From Candidatus Bathyarchaeota archaeon (GTDB taxonomy: Archaea; Thermoproteota; Bathyarchaeia; Bathyarchaeales; Bathycorpusculaceae): a stretch of DNA of 64,000 bases. Below, in pieces: positions 20,026 through 29,585 of the stretch; position 1 is the stretch's first letter, and each line of letters starts with the position of its first letter. The stretch lies in NCBI GenBank assembly GCA_963733095.1, contig CAVTBV010000002.1, positions 78,664-142,663 of the forward strand, given 5' to 3'. A program made the translations under genes and the position numbers. The notes below the pieces were generated by a model, which saw nothing but the letters and a program-made list of their open reading frames with translations, had not been told where the DNA came from and ran no database searches.

Positions 20026-20790
20026 CTATGCTTCGCCTTTACGGAACCCCGTCGTAAACTTGGGGTCATAGAGCTTAGATAAATCATACGCTTGCGGATC
20101 AAGCACTTTGCCGACAAAAATCAGCGCGGTCTCCGTGATGCCTTCGGCTTTAACTTTGCTAACTATATCGGCGAGGGTGCCTTTAACAACTTTCTGCTCT
20201 GGCCAAGTCGCCTTGTAGACGACTTGGCAGGGCGTGTCTTTGGGGTAGCCGCCCTTCTGCAGTTCCTCGATGACGCGGGCGATGTGGGGTGTACCTAAGA
20301 AGATGACCATGGTGGCTTGGTGGACTGCGAGTTTTTGGATGCTTTCAGCTTCGGGAACGGAAGTTCTTCCTGCCGGTCGGGTAATGATAACTGTTTGGCT
20401 GATATTTGGCAGGGTTAATTCACGGTTAAGTGCTGCTGCGCCGCCGAGCAAGCAACTGATTCCGGGAATGCGGAAGTACTCTATGCCTTCCTTGTCGAGA
20501 GCGGTCATTACCTCTTGGATTGCACCATAAAAGCTCGGGTCCCCATCATGGAGGCGCACGACAAGTTTGCCTGCTTTGACACTTGCAATCATGACTTTGA
20601 GCATTTCGGGAAGACCCATTTTAGCGCTGTCATGGAGCTCCACATCTTTCTTGCAGTACTTGAGGTATTCGGGGTTAAGCAGGCTGCCCGCGTAAACAAC
20701 GACGTCGGCTTGCTCTAGCCATCGTTTGCCTTTAAGCGTGATGAGTTCGGGGTCTCCTGGTCCAGCGCCTATGAAAACAACTTTATTCAT
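20026..20790 (-). CDS. cbiF: Cobalt-precorrin-4 C11-methyltransferase
   Basis: GAGPGDPELIT, YAGSL, RLHDGDPS.YGA, ATWPE, SKLY. Confidence 0.95.
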   Translation of the reverse strand: MNKVVFIGAGPGDPELITLKGKRWLEQADVVVYAGSLLNPEYLKYCKKDVELHDSAKMGLPEMLKVMIASVKAGKLVVRLHDGDPSFYGAIQEVMTALDKEGIEYFRIPGISCLLGGAAALNRELTLPNISQTVIITRPAGRTSVPEAESIQKLAVHQATMVIFLGTPHIARVIEELQKGGYPKDTPCQVVYKATWPEQKVVKGTLADIVSKVKAEGITETALIFVGKVLDPQAYDLSKLYDPKFTTGFRKGEA

Positions 20791-21568
20791 GTTTCCCACC
20801 CTTACCGTTGCCGTTTCCATTCTGTTTCCAATGAATAGGAACCTGACTTTTCTTCACAATGGCCACCGAGAAATAATCCTCAGTTATATCCCAACTATCC
20901 ACATCGCCAAGTTTGCCTACCAGAACTTTCTCTTCAGGCAACGTACACCTTTTCACCAGTGCAATGGTGGAGTTTTTGGTGAAACCTGACTTTAAGAGAA
21001 TTGGAATGAACTCTTTAATGTGGAAGGCACACTTCATGAATACCAGGTTGTCGGCGTGTTTAGCAGCGTCTTCCAGATGGGCAGGGTTGAGATCTGAGGG
21101 AACAATCGTCACGACTTCTTCTTTCTCCGCCAAAGGCAATCTGCTGCTTGCGGCGGCGGCTGTCACGGAAGTTACGCCTGGGATAATTTCAAGTTCTATT
21201 TCTGGATAGGTCTCTTTAATGCATTCGTAAAGATAAAGAAAAGTACTATAGAGCATTGGGTCGCCCAAAGTGATGAAAGCGACGTCACATTCCTTGGCTT
21301 TCGCAGCTACTATTGCCGCGTTTTCTACCCAAAGTTTTCTGTTATTGAGTTCATCTTTTGTCATGGGAAAAACTAATTCAAGAATCTGGGCAGGTTTTTT
21401 GCGTTCAGCCAAAATTTGTTTAACCATGCGAAGCGCCATACTGGGTTTTTTCGCGTGAGATTTCGGAACGCAGATAATGTCTACCGTTTTGAGGGCTTTT
21501 GCAGCTTTTAACGTAATGAGTTCTGGGTCGCCGGGACCAACGCCGATGCCTATGAATGTTCCTGCCAA
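20783..21568 (-). CDS. cbiL: Cobalt-factor II C20-methyltransferase
   Basis: GVGPGDPELITLKA, FPM, TLGDP.LYSTF. Confidence 0.94.
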   Translation of the reverse strand: MAGTFIGIGVGPGDPELITLKAAKALKTVDIICVPKSHAKKPSMALRMVKQILAERKKPAQILELVFPMTKDELNNRKLWVENAAIVAAKAKECDVAFITLGDPMLYSTFLYLYECIKETYPEIELEIIPGVTSVTAAAASSRLPLAEKEEVVTIVPSDLNPAHLEDAAKHADNLVFMKCAFHIKEFIPILLKSGFTKNSTIALVKRCTLPEEKVLVGKLGDVDSWDITEDYFSVAIVKKSQVPIHWKQNGNGNGKGGKHE

Positions 21569-21579
21569 ATCGTTTTCAC

Positions 21580-22185
21580 CTAAGGTTTTGTCGCTGAGAC
21601 TATTGTTATTGGATTTCTTGCCATCATCATTGTTCCGCTGTTTATTTGTTTTCCCTTCGCGACCGAAATATATGCAATATCGATATCTTTGAAGCCCAGA
21701 GATTTCATTTCGGAAATTGCCAGGGTTGCGGTTTCTAAAAGTATAGCGTTTACGACTATTCTTCCATTGATGTTGAGCTTGGCGCTGGCAATTTGAAGGA
21801 TTGCTCTAAGGGAAACTCCACCTCCACCAATAAGGATGGCATCCGCGTTTGGAAGGGTTAGCAGTGCTTGAGGTGCTTTACCGCTGCAGACGGAGACATT
21901 GCCTTTAACCCCGAATTTTTCTGCATTACTATTTGTTAGCTTGATTGCGGCTTGGTCCTCATCGATTGCGTAAACTTTGCCCTTCGGCGCAATCTGCAAT
22001 GCAGCTTCAACTGTCAAACCTCCCGTTCCGCAGCCCACATCTATAACAACGTCGCCTTCACATAGGCGTGCTTTGGATATCGTTATAACTCTGATTTCTT
22101 CTTTGGTTGGACCGGGAACCTCGTCGCTTTGATTAAATGCCTCGTCAGGTATTCCTGGCGTCTTGTACACCCATTCTTTAGCCAT
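21580..22185 (-). CDS. cbiT: Cobalt-precorrin-6B C15-methyltransferase (decarboxylating)
   Basis: GIPDE.F, TKEEIR, DVGCGTG, ARNP. Confidence 0.95.
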   Translation of the reverse strand: MAKEWVYKTPGIPDEAFNQSDEVPGPTKEEIRVITISKARLCEGDVVIDVGCGTGGLTVEAALQIAPKGKVYAIDEDQAAIKLTNSNAEKFGVKGNVSVCSGKAPQALLTLPNADAILIGGGGVSLRAILQIASAKLNINGRIVVNAILLETATLAISEMKSLGFKDIDIAYISVAKGKQINSGTMMMARNPITIVSATKP

Positions 22186-22202
22186 TCGAATTCAACTTAA
22201 TG

Positions 22203-22868
22203 TTAGTTAACGGTTTGCTTGATAACCATTACGCATAGCGCCCCAAAGGTCTGCCCACAAACTTTCTCTAACGTGCTTGAGGTAATGTTCTCGTTTTCTA
22301 AGGTTACGTTCTCGCATATGAAAACGGGTGTTTTCTTGTCTGACCCTGATTTGATTAGTAAACTTGCTATGTCTTTGGGTGCGAAGGCTCGGGAGTCTGG
22401 CAGGAGTAGAATATTGCAACCCCTCTTAACCGCTGCCGCCAATTCCTGTTTTTCTTCTTCAGGAACCTTGCCATCATGGAAAGTAAACAGACGTGCGGTA
22501 TCCCAACTAATGTTTAAACGTGCAGCACAAGCCTGAATTGAACTTACTCCTGCAACAACATTAATGTCTTCAGCTTTGAATAACTCGCTTTCCAAAACTG
22601 TGTGCAACAGCCCCGAAAAACCAGGGTCACCAGTTGAGAGCAAAACAACACTTTTTCCGCTATTAACAGATTCCGCTGCCAGTTTGAGGGTGTCTTTGAG
22701 GTTTTTTGCGATTAAAACTATCCGTTCCCCTCTTCCTTCAGCTGGAAAGAGGTTTAGGCTTCTTTGCGCGCCAATAACAATGTCTGCTTGTGCCACAGTT
22801 CTTTTTGCAGCTGGGGTAACGTAGTCTGGGTTGCCCGGTCCAACGCCGACTATGTTAATTCTAGCCAA
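22203..22868 (-). CDS. cbiE: Cobalt-precorrin-7 C5-methyltransferase
   Basis: GVGPG..DY.T, STGDPGFSG, GVSSIQ.CAARL..W, CEN. Confidence 0.93.
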   Translation of the reverse strand: MARINIVGVGPGNPDYVTPAAKRTVAQADIVIGAQRSLNLFPAEGRGERIVLIAKNLKDTLKLAAESVNSGKSVVLLSTGDPGFSGLLHTVLESELFKAEDINVVAGVSSIQACAARLNISWDTARLFTFHDGKVPEEEKQELAAAVKRGCNILLLPDSRAFAPKDIASLLIKSGSDKKTPVFICENVTLENENITSSTLEKVCGQTFGALCVMVIKQTVN

Positions 22869-23950
22869 GGCTGGTTGCACCTAGCGTTCTCATCCATTCC
22901 AAGAACTTTGCCATCCATGGCAACGATTACGACGCTTATCTTTATCTTATTTTCCACTCGGTCACTAACACGTTGGTTGACTCGAGCAGCAATTTTGTTG
23001 TATGTGGCTTCTAAGAGGTTGGCTTGTTTTAGAATTTCTGTGGCTTCATCTGTGGTGTTTGCTGTTAACAATTCGTTGATGGTTTTTGTGTTTGCTCCAA
23101 CTGCTCCTGCATACGAAGCGATGACTTCGTTGCGTGCATCTCCAACCTTGTGGTGAGTATTGAAGATGTTAGCTGCCAATTTTACCAATTTCCCTGAGTG
23201 ACCAAGAACGATAATTTCTCTGATTCCTTTTTCAACGGCTTTGTCGAGCATGTAGCCAACGAAGTCGCCTGTTTGGATGATCGCGTCTTCGGGGACTCCA
23301 AACTGCTGTTTTGCGATTCGTTCGCCAATGTTGCCTGGAACAAATAGGATGCGTTTGTATCCTCTTGCGATTGCGACGTCGATTTGGGGAACTAACGAGC
23401 GGCGGCATGCTTCAAGAGACAAGGGCTTGACTACTCCTGTGGTGCCCAATATTGAAACGCCTCCAGTGATGCCTAATTTGGCGTTCATGGTTTTCTTAGC
23501 AATATTTGCCCCCTCAGGGGCGCTGATCAGGATTTCAACGCCTTTGCCTTCGGGCAGTGCTTCTTTGACGGCTTCCGTAATCATGCTCTTAGGCACAGGG
23601 TTGATTGCGCCTTCGCCGATGGGAACTTGCAAGCCGGGTTTTGTAACTTTGCCGATGCCTATGCCGCTTTTTATGGTGATTTTGCCGTCGTCGGTTAGTT
23701 TTATGGTGGCGGTGATTTCCATTTTGTCTGTTACGTCGATGTCTTGTCCTGCGTCCTTAACTGTGACTGCTTCGGCGGCGTCTTTGGCGAGTTTTCTACT
23801 GGATTTAATCGGCACTTCAAAACGTAGACCGATAGGAGTTGGGATAACTACTCGGTCAACGGGTTCTTTAAGCGCTGCGATTACAGCGGCTTTGGCTGCC
23901 GCTGCGGCGGTTGCGCCTGTTGTTATACCGTATTTCAAAAACCGAGCCAT
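22850..23950 (-). CDS. cbiD: Cobalt-precorrin-5B C1-methyltransferase
   Basis: G.TTGA.AAAA, KDAG.D.DVT, AINPVP, SILGTTG, F.TH. Confidence 0.96.
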   Translation of the reverse strand: MARFLKYGITTGATAAAAAKAAVIAALKEPVDRVVIPTPIGLRFEVPIKSSRKLAKDAAEAVTVKDAGQDIDVTDKMEITATIKLTDDGKITIKSGIGIGKVTKPGLQVPIGEGAINPVPKSMITEAVKEALPEGKGVEILISAPEGANIAKKTMNAKLGITGGVSILGTTGVVKPLSLEACRRSLVPQIDVAIARGYKRILFVPGNIGERIAKQQFGVPEDAIIQTGDFVGYMLDKAVEKGIREIIVLGHSGKLVKLAANIFNTHHKVGDARNEVIASYAGAVGANTKTINELLTANTTDEATEILKQANLLEATYNKIAARVNQRVSDRVENKIKISVVIVAMDGKVLGMDENARCNQPWLELT

Positions 23951-23962
23951 TTAGCTATCACT

Positions 23963-25039
23963 TTAACCGTAACGTTTGCCTTCAGCCATAGACAGTAACG
24001 CGTTGAAAACGGCAACTGCAATCGTGCTGCCGCCTTTGCGTCCTCTCGTAATCACGTAAGGAACTGGAAGCTTGGCGACAACCTCTTTGGATTCCGCGGC
24101 ACCCACAAACCCAACGGGAACCGCTACGATTAGGGCTGGCTTAACTTTTCCCATCTTTATCTGGTCTGCCAACTCGAATGCGGCCGTAGGAGCGTTGCCG
24201 ATGAGAACGATGGCTCCGTCTAAACCGTCTTTGATAGCTAAGCGCATGGCAGCGGCTGACCGCGTCAAGGATTCTTTCTTGGCGAGGTCCATTGTTCGTT
24301 CATCGTTCATGTAGGTGGAGATTTTGCTGCCAAATTTTTTGAGTCTAGCATCGTTGATGCCTGCCCTAATCATCTTGACGTCTGATACTACCTTGGCGCC
24401 TGCCTTAATCGCCTTTACCCCTGCCTCCACGGCATCGTCGCTGATGATAAGAATTTTGGCAAATTCAGGGTCGGCAGTGGTATGGACAACTCGCTCGACG
24501 ATAGGAACCTTATCTTTTGGCAATTTCGCCAAGTCGTCGCCGATGGCCTCACGGATAAGCATCATGCTTTTGTCAACGATTTTTCCTGCCTCAGCAACAG
24601 AGTAAGCGTCAACAACTTCGCTGTCTTTCTTAACCTCCTGCCCCAGCGCTTTTAGGGCTTTTTCCTCGAGGATATCGGCTATGCGTTCGTCGCTGCCTAT
24701 TGGTTCGCCATAAACCAATTCGATACCGAGCGTTTTAAGGTTAGGCTGTTTTTCTTTAACTCCGATTAACTCAGGAATCTCTTGAGTCGTGTGGACGCCT
24801 GGAGCAAGGAAAGCCGGAACCAAAACAATCTTTGACAAATCCTTCTTTGCCATCGCGTCGATTGCCTCGGCGATGGTGGGGGTGTCGCGTATCATAAAAG
24901 CGATTTCTACAGTTTTGAATTTGCTGCGACTACGGAGAATATCTGCTAGTTTTTCGAGGTTTTCTCGGTTATGGGGTAGTTTGCTTCCATGCCCAATTAA
25001 AATTAAACCTGCCTTATCTAAGGCTACTGCTTCTGCCAA
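23963..25039 (-). CDS. cbiC: CbiX cobaltochelatase fused to CbiC methylmutase
   Basis: N-terminal IGHGS..P.FLAPG.H...IP; C-terminal RVVH.TAD, GNAPTA, PVGFVGAAESK, GRKGGS. Confidence 0.92.
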   Translation of the reverse strand: MAEAVALDKAGLILIGHGSKLPHNRENLEKLADILRSRSKFKTVEIAFMIRDTPTIAEAIDAMAKKDLSKIVLVPAFLAPGVHTTQEIPELIGVKEKQPNLKTLGIELVYGEPIGSDERIADILEEKALKALGQEVKKDSEVVDAYSVAEAGKIVDKSMMLIREAIGDDLAKLPKDKVPIVERVVHTTADPEFAKILIISDDAVEAGVKAIKAGAKVVSDVKMIRAGINDARLKKFGSKISTYMNDERTMDLAKKESLTRSAAAMRLAIKDGLDGAIVLIGNAPTAAFELADQIKMGKVKPALIVAVPVGFVGAAESKEVVAKLPVPYVITRGRKGGSTIAVAVFNALLSMAEGKRYG

Positions 25040-25040
25040 A

Positions 25041-26327
25041 TTATTTTTTCTCCCGTTTCTCAAACAGTTTAACCGCTACTTCAATGACTTCCGTGTCATC
25101 GTTCTTTGCGGCTAAACGCAAATTCTCAACAATAGGAATAAAGGTTTGCTTGAGTAAAATGGAAGTTAAATCTTCCAGTATGTGTTTTTGTTTCTCGTCA
25201 AGATTGCCTAGCATGTTGAGTGCGGTGGCGAGTTCTTTTTGGCGTATTTCTTCTGCTTGAGAAAGAAGTGAAGAAATAATCAATCGAACTGAGAGGCTTT
25301 TCATGTCGTCGTTTAAGATTATGAGTTCTTCTTCTAAGATTTTGACGGCTTTTTCTATGCTTTTTTCGCGTTGTTGCTTGTTCTTGTCGGCAATTAGCTG
25401 TAAGTCATCTATGTTGTATAGTTTTGTTGAGGCTACCTCCGCCACTGCTTTTTCGACGTTGCGTGGGTTCGAAATGTCTATGATTATTAGGTTACCATTG
25501 TTTACGCGTTGGTTCATCAGGCGGGAAACAATTTCTTTGGTTAGTAGGTAGTGGGGTGCTGCAGTTGAGCAAATCACGACGTCTGCGTTGACGAGGACTT
25601 CTTCAAACTGGTTAAACTTTACGGCTTCCCCCGAGAGGTCTTCTGCCAACTTTACCGCACGGTCATAGGTTCGATTGGCGATGAAAATCGGGCTTAGGCA
25701 TCGTCTGGCTAAGGCTTTTGCAACAAGGGTTCCTATTTCTCCAGCACCCATGACTAAGATTTTCTTGTCTTCTAAGCTGCCCAACAGATTCACAGCCAAC
25801 TCGACAGCTGCGGAACCGATGGAAACGGCGCCCTTGTTTATTCCAGTTTCATTTCTTACTCGCCTACCCACAATCATTGCGCGGTTAAACAGATGCTTTA
25901 GGATTGGTCCCAAAGTTTTGGCGTTGTCCGCCACCAGATAAGCGTCCCAAACCTGATTAAGAACTTGGTCTTCACCTATAACCATGGATTCTAAGCCTGA
26001 GGTGACTCTTAAAAGATGATTAAAGGTGTCATGGTCGATTGAGACTTCTATGGCTTTGGCGGCTTCCTCAGCATTTGCCCCTGCCCTTTTAGCTAAAAAA
26101 TCCTTAGCTATCTCAGCTGTCTTTTCAGCTTCTTCTGATACAATGAAAATTTCGATGCGGTTGCATGTCTGCAGAATTAGGCATTCTTCAATGTTTTCAA
26201 AGGAGCGTAACTCGGCAACCGCTTTTTCCTTCTCCTTAAACGATACCGCCTCCATTAACGGCACCCGGGCTGTTTTATGCGTTATTCTGACGTTTATGAC
26301 ATGGTCTGTCTTTGCCGAGGAAAGCAT
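25041..26327 (-). CDS. hemA: Glutamyl-tRNA reductase
   Basis: QTCNRIE, GLESMVIGEDQVL.Q, GAGEIG, DI.NPRN. Confidence 0.96.
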   Translation of the reverse strand: MLSSAKTDHVINVRITHKTARVPLMEAVSFKEKEKAVAELRSFENIEECLILQTCNRIEIFIVSEEAEKTAEIAKDFLAKRAGANAEEAAKAIEVSIDHDTFNHLLRVTSGLESMVIGEDQVLNQVWDAYLVADNAKTLGPILKHLFNRAMIVGRRVRNETGINKGAVSIGSAAVELAVNLLGSLEDKKILVMGAGEIGTLVAKALARRCLSPIFIANRTYDRAVKLAEDLSGEAVKFNQFEEVLVNADVVICSTAAPHYLLTKEIVSRLMNQRVNNGNLIIIDISNPRNVEKAVAEVASTKLYNIDDLQLIADKNKQQREKSIEKAVKILEEELIILNDDMKSLSVRLIISSLLSQAEEIRQKELATALNMLGNLDEKQKHILEDLTSILLKQTFIPIVENLRLAAKNDDTEVIEVAVKLFEKREKK

Positions 26328-26346
26328 GGATGGATAAACCATGCGG

Positions 26347-26358
26347 CTTAAATATAAG
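26347..26358. promoter_or_regulatory. Candidate bidirectional TATA element CTTAAATATAAG
   Basis: AT block reading as TATA-like on both strands in the 64-bp gap between the two divergent operons. Confidence 0.5.
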
Positions 26359-26391
26359 GTTTACCGTAAAATAGCGTCGGGGCTCTTTGGG

Positions 26392-27957
26392 ATGCAATTA
26401 CGTCACAGAATCGGTTTAGTTTATCTTCCAGGGGCTCTGCCATGCTTTGAAGACTTCGGGAACCTTCCAACCGACCTGGTTTGTGCCGACGGGCTTGTGG
26501 ATGGCAAGCCAGCTTCCGAAATCTTAGACATGTTAATCATTCCGGGCGGCAGTCTCGTCGAATCCCAAAGCGTCAATGAAACGGTTACCCGAGAAATAAT
26601 AAAAATGGCGGAATCAGGCAAGTTTGTCCTCGGCGTCTGTTCCGGTTTCCAAGTTCTCGCTAAAGAAACCGACGTTGGACGCCTATCATCTATTCCCATA
26701 ACCCGCGAAGGCTTGGGATTATTGGATGCGGAGTTCAAGCCGCTGATATGCACTGATCGAGTGACCGCTACAGTGGTTGACAAAAGCTTCATAACCCAAG
26801 AAGTCGGCAAAGAAGTTTCAGGCTTCCACTGCCATACCTACGGCAAGATTGTCCTCAACAAAGAAGCCAAACCCATCATAATCACCCACGCCAAGCGGGT
26901 CAACTACAAAAAAGACCCCCAAGACCTGATTTCAGGAGTCGCTAACAAACAAGGCAACGTGGTTGGCGTTTTTATTCATGGTCTACTGGACCAGAACCCA
27001 ACAATTCTAAAGAGCATCACTCAATCGTTGGACATAAACCAGATAGAACTTGACGCAATACGGCAGGCAAACGCGAAACTTTTAATTCAAATCAAATGTG
27101 AAGTCGGAATCGCAACCAACATACACCAGCAAACAACTGCAGAACAGAAAGAGCCACGGTTGCTTTTAGTGACGGCGACCGGGAGTGGTTCAGGAAAAAC
27201 ATTCGTAGTGACAGGCATCGCTGGTGCCTTAAAGAAAAGAGGCTTCAAAGTCGGAGTCATAAAAATCGGTGGAGACATACGGGACGCTGTACCAGCCCTC
27301 TACCTGATTAAAGAGCCTATAAAGCCATATTCGTCTATAAGAATTGGGGAAAGCGGCTGGAAACCCCTCGAGCAAGCTGTACAGGAAGCTATCCAAAACC
27401 ACGATTTTCTCTTAGTTGAAGGCGCCATGAGCACTTTCACAGGTTTACTAAACGACAACTATAAGCGACCGATGTCCACAGCAGAAGTCGCCGCAGCCTT
27501 AGGTGCGTCAACTGTTCTTGTGGTCGGTTGCGATAAAGAAGGAATCGAAGGCGCCCTAATCAGCACCCTAAACTACGTAAACATCCTAAAACGCCTCGGC
27601 GTAAATGTCACTGGCGTAATCCTAAACAAACTACGCGTCAGCTACATAACCGACGAAATACGCCAAACAATGAAAACCGCTTTCCAAAATGTCGGTATTG
27701 AGCTGTTGGGGATGCTTCCACGACTGGATTTGGAAGCCAGAGGCATGATACCTGAAATCGAAATCCGGTACGATGATTTTGGCGCTCAAGCCATCGATGC
27801 CGCGGAAAAATATGTTGATTTGGATTTGTTGGCTAAGGTTGCCCTGCCACCTATGCAAGTTGATGTTGATTACAGGGCTTTTATGGAAAAGTTCAAGAAT
27901 TTACTAACCCATTATAGCCTTAATGCTTCGGAAGGTGGCAAACCAAAAAATTGCTAG
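26392..27957 (+). CDS. Domain-swapped CbiA/CobQ-type corrinoid amidase (GATase first)
   Basis: N-terminal LIIPGGS, GVCSGFQ, G.FIHG; C-terminal TATGSGSGKT, VEG...F.G, STAEVA, GVILNK. Confidence 0.8.
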   Translation: MQLRHRIGLVYLPGALPCFEDFGNLPTDLVCADGLVDGKPASEILDMLIIPGGSLVESQSVNETVTREIIKMAESGKFVLGVCSGFQVLAKETDVGRLSSIPITREGLGLLDAEFKPLICTDRVTATVVDKSFITQEVGKEVSGFHCHTYGKIVLNKEAKPIIITHAKRVNYKKDPQDLISGVANKQGNVVGVFIHGLLDQNPTILKSITQSLDINQIELDAIRQANAKLLIQIKCEVGIATNIHQQTTAEQKEPRLLLVTATGSGSGKTFVVTGIAGALKKRGFKVGVIKIGGDIRDAVPALYLIKEPIKPYSSIRIGESGWKPLEQAVQEAIQNHDFLLVEGAMSTFTGLLNDNYKRPMSTAEVAAALGASTVLVVGCDKEGIEGALISTLNYVNILKRLGVNVTGVILNKLRVSYITDEIRQTMKTAFQNVGIELLGMLPRLDLEARGMIPEIEIRYDDFGAQAIDAAEKYVDLDLLAKVALPPMQVDVDYRAFMEKFKNLLTHYSLNASEGGKPKNC

Positions 27958-28601
27958 TAGACCTCAAACTTGACGGAAAAACCGTTATGGTAGTCGGCGG
28001 AGGTGCAGAAAGCTACCGCAAAACACAGAGCTTCCTGGATTCTGGCGCAACGATTTGGGTGGTAAGCAAGGGTTTCTTAGAAGGTATTCAGAAACTTGGT
28101 GATGAAAAGAAAGTTGCTCTACTTAAAACAGAGGTTAAGGATGCTAAATCTTTTATTGACAGTCTGAGTCCCAAGCCAGACGTGTTCTTAGCGGTGACGA
28201 ATGATGCTACACTGAACTTTGAGTTGGTGAATGCCGCAAAAGCTTTTGGATGCATGGTTTATGCGGTTGATAACCCCGCGCTGAGCGATTTTATTTTGCC
28301 AGCAATCGCGAAAGTTGGCGACGTTAAAGTTGCGGTTTCCACGGGAGGCAAAAGCCCCGCCATGGCACACGTGCTCCGAGAGAGAATAGAGAAGATAGTT
28401 ACGCCTCAAGACTTGCTGGAGATTGAATTGCAAGCTAACATGCGGGGCATAATCAAAGAAAGCATCGCTGATGCTAAAGAACGCAGCAAATTGTTATACG
28501 AGATACTTAATAACGATAACATCAAAGAGGCTCTAAATGAAGGTAAACTTCAAGAGGCTCAAGAACTAGCCATGAAACTCATGGAAAAAAGGGAGAAATG
28601 A
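27951..28601 (+). CDS. sirC: Precorrin-2 dehydrogenase (SirC/CysG N-terminal type)
   Basis: VVGGG, VDNP..DF..PA, AVSTGGKSP. Confidence 0.9.
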   Translation: MLVDLKLDGKTVMVVGGGAESYRKTQSFLDSGATIWVVSKGFLEGIQKLGDEKKVALLKTEVKDAKSFIDSLSPKPDVFLAVTNDATLNFELVNAAKAFGCMVYAVDNPALSDFILPAIAKVGDVKVAVSTGGKSPAMAHVLRERIEKIVTPQDLLEIELQANMRGIIKESIADAKERSKLLYEILNNDNIKEALNEGKLQEAQELAMKLMEKREK

Positions 28602-28604
28602 CAA

Positions 28605-29585
28605 GTGAGTTTTCCAACCGTGCGAATGAGAAGGTTGCGCAGAACCGCAGCGTTACGCGAAATGTTAAACCAAGTGTGTTTACAACCAAGTAACCTAATT
28701 TACCCGATTTTTGTTGAAGAAGGCGTCAAAAAACCTGTTCCCATAGCATCCATGCCTGGATACAGCAGATTACCAATAACGGAAGTTGTAAATGAGGGCA
28801 AAAAGGCACTTGCACAAGGCGTTAAAAGCGTTCTGCTCTTCGGTATCCCAGCCAAAAAAGATGAAGCAGGTACAAGTGCATTCGCAAAAGACGGTATCGT
28901 ACAAAAAGCAATCCGCGAACTCAAAGAAGCGTTCGTTGAAGAACTCGTTATTATCGGAGATGTTTGCCTCTGCGAATATATGAGCCATGGTCACTGCGGC
29001 ATAATCAACGATGCGGAAGTCCAGAACGATGCAACTCTTGAGTTACTTGGAAAGATAGCTGTTAGTTATGCTGAAGCTGGCGTGGACATTGTTGCACCCT
29101 CTGCCATGATGGACGGTCAAGTCGGCACGATCCGAGAAGCGTTGGATGATGCAGGATTTGAGCAGGTTCCAATTATGGTATACTCGGCAAAGTATGCGTC
29201 GGGCTTTTATGGTCCATTCAGAGAAGCGGCTGAGTCTACTCCGAAGTTTGGGAACCGCCGTAGCTATCAGATGAGCCAAGGCAGACAGCAAGAAGCAATG
29301 CGCGAAATCGAACTTGACATCGCCGAAGGCGCAGACATGATAATTGTAAAGCCCGCCTTAGCTTACTTAGACATAATCGCATTGGCGAAAGCCAACTTTA
29401 ACGTGCCCATAGTCGCCTACAACGTCAGCGGCGAATATAGCATGGTTAAAGCTGCTGCCCAAAAGGGCTGGATAGACGAAAAAACTGTAACCCGAGAAAT
29501 CCTGACCGGCATCAAACGAGCAGGCGCCGACCTAATAATAACTTACCACGCTAAAGATGCACAAGAATGGTTGAACCAACCTTGA
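28605..29585 (+). CDS. hemB: Porphobilinogen synthase
   Basis: DVCLCEY..HGHCG, PSAMMDG, FYGPFR, VKPA..YLD. Confidence 0.97.
   Translation: MSFPTVRMRRLRRTAALREMLNQVCLQPSNLIYPIFVEEGVKKPVPIASMPGYSRLPITEVVNEGKKALAQGVKSVLLFGIPAKKDEAGTSAFAKDGIVQKAIRELKEAFVEELVIIGDVCLCEYMSHGHCGIINDAEVQNDATLELLGKIAVSYAEAGVDIVAPSAMMDGQVGTIREALDDAGFEQVPIMVYSAKYASGFYGPFREAAESTPKFGNRRSYQMSQGRQQEAMREIELDIAEGADMIIVKPALAYLDIIALAKANFNVPIVAYNVSGEYSMVKAAAQKGWIDEKTVTREILTGIKRAGADLIITYHAKDAQEWLNQP

Noticed and set aside
23963-27957. Coenzyme F430 (cfb) pathway
   Set aside because: No cfbC, cfbD, cfbE or mcr genes; surrounding genes are cobalt-corrin specific
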